From an uncultured bacterium (lineage in GTDB: Bacteria > Patescibacteriota > Minisyncoccia > UBA6257 > 2-01-FULL-56-20), in NCBI GenBank assembly GCA_963718515.1, contig OY970354.1, positions 566,808-630,807 of the forward strand: a stretch of 64,000 nt of DNA, written 5' to 3'. Under the pieces are notes generated by a model. The model worked only from the letters and a program-made list of their open reading frames with translations, was not told the origin of the DNA and made no database searches. Numbering within the stretch: position 1 is the first letter of the stretch; every line of letters starts with the position of its first letter. A program made the position numbers and the translations under genes. Shown in pieces: positions 61,357-64,000 of this stretch.

Positions 61357-62850
61357 TTAGAAGTTAGTGATCGTTTCTCCCGCGGTCAGACCTGACGTGA
61401 TCTCGGTCATGCCATTATCACCCGCGAGGCCTATCTGCACTGGCTGTTTTTGCGTAGTGTTGCCGTTCTGCACCAGCACAAAATACTCATTATCATCATT
61501 GATGACGAGATTGGTCGGCACCTCGAGAACGTTGTCATCTTCTCCAAGGATGATATGGACATTTCCCGTCATGCCGTCCTTAAGACTGCTGTTCGGGCTT
61601 ATAAAATGCAATGTAACGAGATATGCAGCAGAACCATTCACCTGCGTCTGTGCCGCGTCGACGGTCGTTACCGTTGCCGGGAATATGGTAGCGCCAAAAG
61701 CGTCGAGCGTTACATTTGCCGCTTCGCCAGCCTGTATCTTAGCGACATCATCCTCGGGCACATATGCCTCGATCTTCAGCCCACCGTTATTCACGAGCGT
61801 GAGCACTGGGGCGCCGGGCGAAACCACTTGCCCCACTTGCGCGGTCAGGTTCTGCACCGTGCCCGAGAATGGCGCCACAAGCGACGCATTATTGAGCGCC
61901 ACCTGCGCACTCGCCGCCGCGGCCTGCGCCTGCTGTACGGCCGCCTGCTGTGCCGCGATCTGCTGGGGTGTCGATCCCGCCTGCGCGAGTGTCAGCACAT
62001 TTTGCGCGGCGGTGAGCGCCGAGCTATCCCCGGAAATGGCACTGATGGAGCTCTGCACTTCGGTACGTGCGGTCGCGATGTCGGCTTTATATGTGGCAAG
62101 GGTCGTCGCCGGGACCGTCGCACCGGGCGTCGCATCATTCACCACAAGCGCGATGGCATCGATATATGATTGGATCTGCTGGAGTGCCGTCTCTGCCATG
62201 CCTGAAAGCGATGCGGGATCGGTGCTCGTGCCATTCAGTGCCATATACCATTCCTTGAGCGCACTGCCGATCGCGAGCCGCTGGCTTTGAATGTCATTGA
62301 GCGTTTGGGAATTGCTGTCCGGTACCAGGAATAGCGGATTGTTCGATTGCGGATTTGAAAACATGGTGTCGATCTGGTTCGTGACCGCATCATCAGCGGA
62401 GCTATACGCATCCCCCACCGCGATCGCGAGCGACTGGTCCGCACTTGTGACACTACTCTCGTCAATCTGCAACTGCTGGGGACGCGTGCCGCTCGTCAGC
62501 TGGTCAAGCTCTGCTTGCGCAGCCGCGAGCGCGGCGTTTGCCTGCTGGAGCGCGGCATTCAACTGCGCCGCGTCAAGCTGTGCGAGCACCGCTCCCGCGA
62601 CAACCGTGCTCCCTTCCTGCACATTCACCGCCGCGATCAGGCCACTCTCCTGGAACGAAATGGCGGCGCTGTTCTCGGCGAGTACGTTGGCCGGCTCATC
62701 GATCGATTCGACAACATTTCCCGCTTGGACCGTGGTCGTCGTGAACGTGGGCGCCGCGCTCGAGCTGATATACCAATACGCACCGCCGATCGCGAGAATG
62801 ACCACGATGATGGCGATGACGATCTTATTTTGTAGGAAGAATTTCTTCAT
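61357..62850 (-). CDS. HlyD/MacA-family adaptor-like protein with a very long Ala/Gln coiled coil
   Basis: N-terminal anchor, LDAAQLNAALQQANAALAAAQAELDQL-type heptads, C-terminal beta-barrel / MP domain. Confidence 0.8.
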   Translation of the reverse strand: MKKFFLQNKIVIAIIVVILAIGGAYWYISSSAAPTFTTTTVQAGNVVESIDEPANVLAENSAAISFQESGLIAAVNVQEGSTVVAGAVLAQLDAAQLNAALQQANAALAAAQAELDQLTSGTRPQQLQIDESSVTSADQSLAIAVGDAYSSADDAVTNQIDTMFSNPQSNNPLFLVPDSNSQTLNDIQSQRLAIGSALKEWYMALNGTSTDPASLSGMAETALQQIQSYIDAIALVVNDATPGATVPATTLATYKADIATARTEVQSSISAISGDSSALTAAQNVLTLAQAGSTPQQIAAQQAAVQQAQAAAASAQVALNNASLVAPFSGTVQNLTAQVGQVVSPGAPVLTLVNNGGLKIEAYVPEDDVAKIQAGEAANVTLDAFGATIFPATVTTVDAAQTQVNGSAAYLVTLHFISPNSSLKDGMTGNVHIILGEDDNVLEVPTNLVINDDNEYFVLVQNGNTTQKQPVQIGLAGDNGMTEITSGLTAGETITNF

Positions 62851-62854
62851 GCGA

Positions 62855-63289
62855 TCAGTGATTATTTTTTATTATCTTCTTTAATAATATCGCAAATTGA
62901 TTTCGTTCGGCAGGGGTCAGCGTACTGAATATCTTTTTGAACTCATTTGTCTTCTGCGCCATCCGTTTTTCGAACAATTCCCTTCCCTGCCGGGTGAGCT
63001 CTACCCGTACCGAGCGGCGATCTTTCGAATCGAGCACCCGCATGAGCAATTTTTGTTTTACCAAGGAGTCGACGAGCAGTGTCGCCGCGGGCGGCGTCAC
63101 AAGAAACTTCTCCGCAACGTCACGCATATGGGGGCTCCCCTTATCTTTTATATATCGGAGGGTCTCAAATTCTAAAAGCGAATCGCACTTGCCGTCCTTT
63201 ATCTTTTTCTGCATTTTGTCACGCATAAAACGCCCCATCGCAAACATGAGGGATGCCAGATCGGAAGCATTGTTTTGTCGCTTTGGCAT
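62855..63289 (-). CDS. MarR-family transcriptional regulator
   Basis: Winged HTH: MRDVAEKFLVTPPAATLLVDSLVKQKLLMRVLDSKDRRSVRVELT. Confidence 0.9.
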   Translation of the reverse strand: MPKRQNNASDLASLMFAMGRFMRDKMQKKIKDGKCDSLLEFETLRYIKDKGSPHMRDVAEKFLVTPPAATLLVDSLVKQKLLMRVLDSKDRRSVRVELTRQGRELFEKRMAQKTNEFKKIFSTLTPAERNQFAILLKKIIKNNH

Positions 63290-63303
63290 TAACTTTAAAG
63301 ATA

Positions 63304-63352
63304 TAACTATTAGGCTACTTAACTATTATACTCCCAAGGAAGTAAAGGTCAA
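63304..63352 (-). promoter_or_regulatory. promoter of the marR-efflux operon with a 9-bp direct repeat (candidate MarR operator)
   Basis: Minus strand: TTGACC (63347-52), 16-nt spacer, TATAAT (63325-30). TAACTATTA (plus-strand reading) occurs at 63304-12 and 63320-28; the second copy overlaps the -10 box. Confidence 0.5.
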
Positions 63353-63379
63353 TGTGGACAAAAAGGGCGCGAGGAAAGT

Positions 63380-64000
63380 TTAGAAATCCCCTGACTTTGC
63401 CTCGCGCACAAGGCCTTCTATAAGGAAATCGACATCGATCGAGGCGACACCCACCACTTTGTCCGCTCCGCCATAGTACACAAAAAGCTCGTGCTTTATT
63501 ACCACGGCGCCGCACGGGAAGACCACGTTATTCACAATGCCTTCGCGTTCGTAGGGCATTTTGGGCTCGAGCAAGGGATCATGCGTGCGATATAAAATTT
63601 TTGAAGGATCCTTTTTATCGAGCAATGCCGCACGGATATTGTAATGACCGGTCCGTCGGGATATGCCGTGATACAAAAGCAGCCAGCCATACTTGGTCTC
63701 TATCGGCGGACCGGAGATGCCGATCCGCTTCGAATCCCATGCCGTGTCGCGAGGGTGCATCAAAACGCTCCCACCCAGATATTTCCCCTCTTTGAAGTCC
63801 AGATCGTCCACCCGGTCGATCCATATCTCCGAGCCGAGCCGGTGGAGGATGACATATTTCCCGTCGATCTTTTTGGAGAACAGCGCCGCGTCCTTATCGT
63901 CCATACCCGGCGGCGAGATCAATATCGGTGGAGCCCAGTTCCAACGGTGTTCGACAAAGTCCTTCGCGCTGATGGAGGTGAGCGCGACGCGGGGATGATC
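63380..64000 (-). CDS. GH130-family glycoside phosphorylase/hydrolase (partial, continues past the window end)
   Basis: GWLLLYHGI, VVFPCGAVV, LFVYYGGADKVVGVA. The frame stays open from 63922 to base 64000. Confidence 0.8.
   Translation of the reverse strand, partial: DHPRVALTSISAKDFVEHRWNWAPPILISPPGMDDKDAALFSKKIDGKYVILHRLGSEIWIDRVDDLDFKEGKYLGGSVLMHPRDTAWDSKRIGISGPPIETKYGWLLLYHGISRRTGHYNIRAALLDKKDPSKILYRTHDPLLEPKMPYEREGIVNNVVFPCGAVVIKHELFVYYGGADKVVGVASIDVDFLIEGLVREAKSGDF

Noticed and set aside
61367-62290. 307-aa and 239-aa plus-strand ORFs inside the long HlyD-like gene.
   Set aside because: They are antisense shadows of the Ala/Gln-rich coiled-coil codons, with Cys/Ala/Arg-rich low-complexity products.
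1-64000. Alternative genetic code (UGA recoding), as in some candidate phyla.
   Set aside because: TGA terminates conserved genes at their expected ends, for example def at 36891-36893 and the S41 peptidase at 34126-34128. Long ORFs are intact under the standard code.
1-64000. CRISPR arrays, cas genes, prophage, integrase/transposase or integron features.
   Set aside because: No repeat-spacer arrays and no recognisable recombinase, capsid or terminase motifs appear in any of the six-frame ORFs. The only nuclease-like accessory gene is the small GIY-YIG protein.

Overview
Gene-dense (roughly 90% coding) bacterial chromosomal segment with about 70 protein genes and one tRNA (Gln-UUG). I saw no rRNA, no CRISPR array and no recognisable transposase, integrase or phage gene. 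The standard genetic code applies: TGA, TAA and TAG all close conserved genes at their normal ends. Main blocks: (i) 1.2-7.9 kb, a type IV pilus operon (pilB, pilC and four prepilin-like genes, including 588-aa and 470-aa giants). (ii) Housekeeping genes: greA, a trigger factor lacking its PPIase domain, an SDR, obg and a frameshifted ABC-F ATPase. (iii) 16.7-20.8 kb, a seven-gene thiol / methionine-sulfoxide repair operon. (iv) 20.9-28.3 kb, an operon in which a stand-alone receiver and a multi-pass histidine kinase bracket four enzymes: an MIO ammonia-lyase, a PaaK/F390-type adenylating ligase, a ThiF/E1-like protein and a double nitroreductase. The last two together equal a split Rv1355c-type architecture. 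This is my top candidate for an undescribed system. (v) A 133-149 nt compound inverted repeat at 28.8-29.0 kb, next to a typA/bipA gene carrying at least 5 frameshifts. (vi) bcp, rpmA, rplI, an S41 protease, a solitary MazF-like toxin, def-fmt, SOD and tRNA-Gln. (vii) 39.8-47.9 kb, a surface-glycan island with a 967-aa deacetylase + 2x GT4 fusion and at least four truncated gene fragments. (viii) A TroABCD-type metal ABC transporter, lexA, a DEAD-box helicase, an ECF sigma factor and a Trx/DsbB pair. (ix) A MarR-HlyD-HlyD-[79-nt hairpin]-MFS efflux operon and a partial GH130 gene. A recurrent pattern is a good -10 box (often TGn-extended) 6-14 nt upstream of the ATG with no Shine-Dalgarno sequence, which suggests widespread leaderless mRNAs. 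The overall style is reminiscent of Patescibacteria/CPR-type genomes, but lineage cannot be established from this window. All functional calls come from motif recognition by eye; no searches were run.
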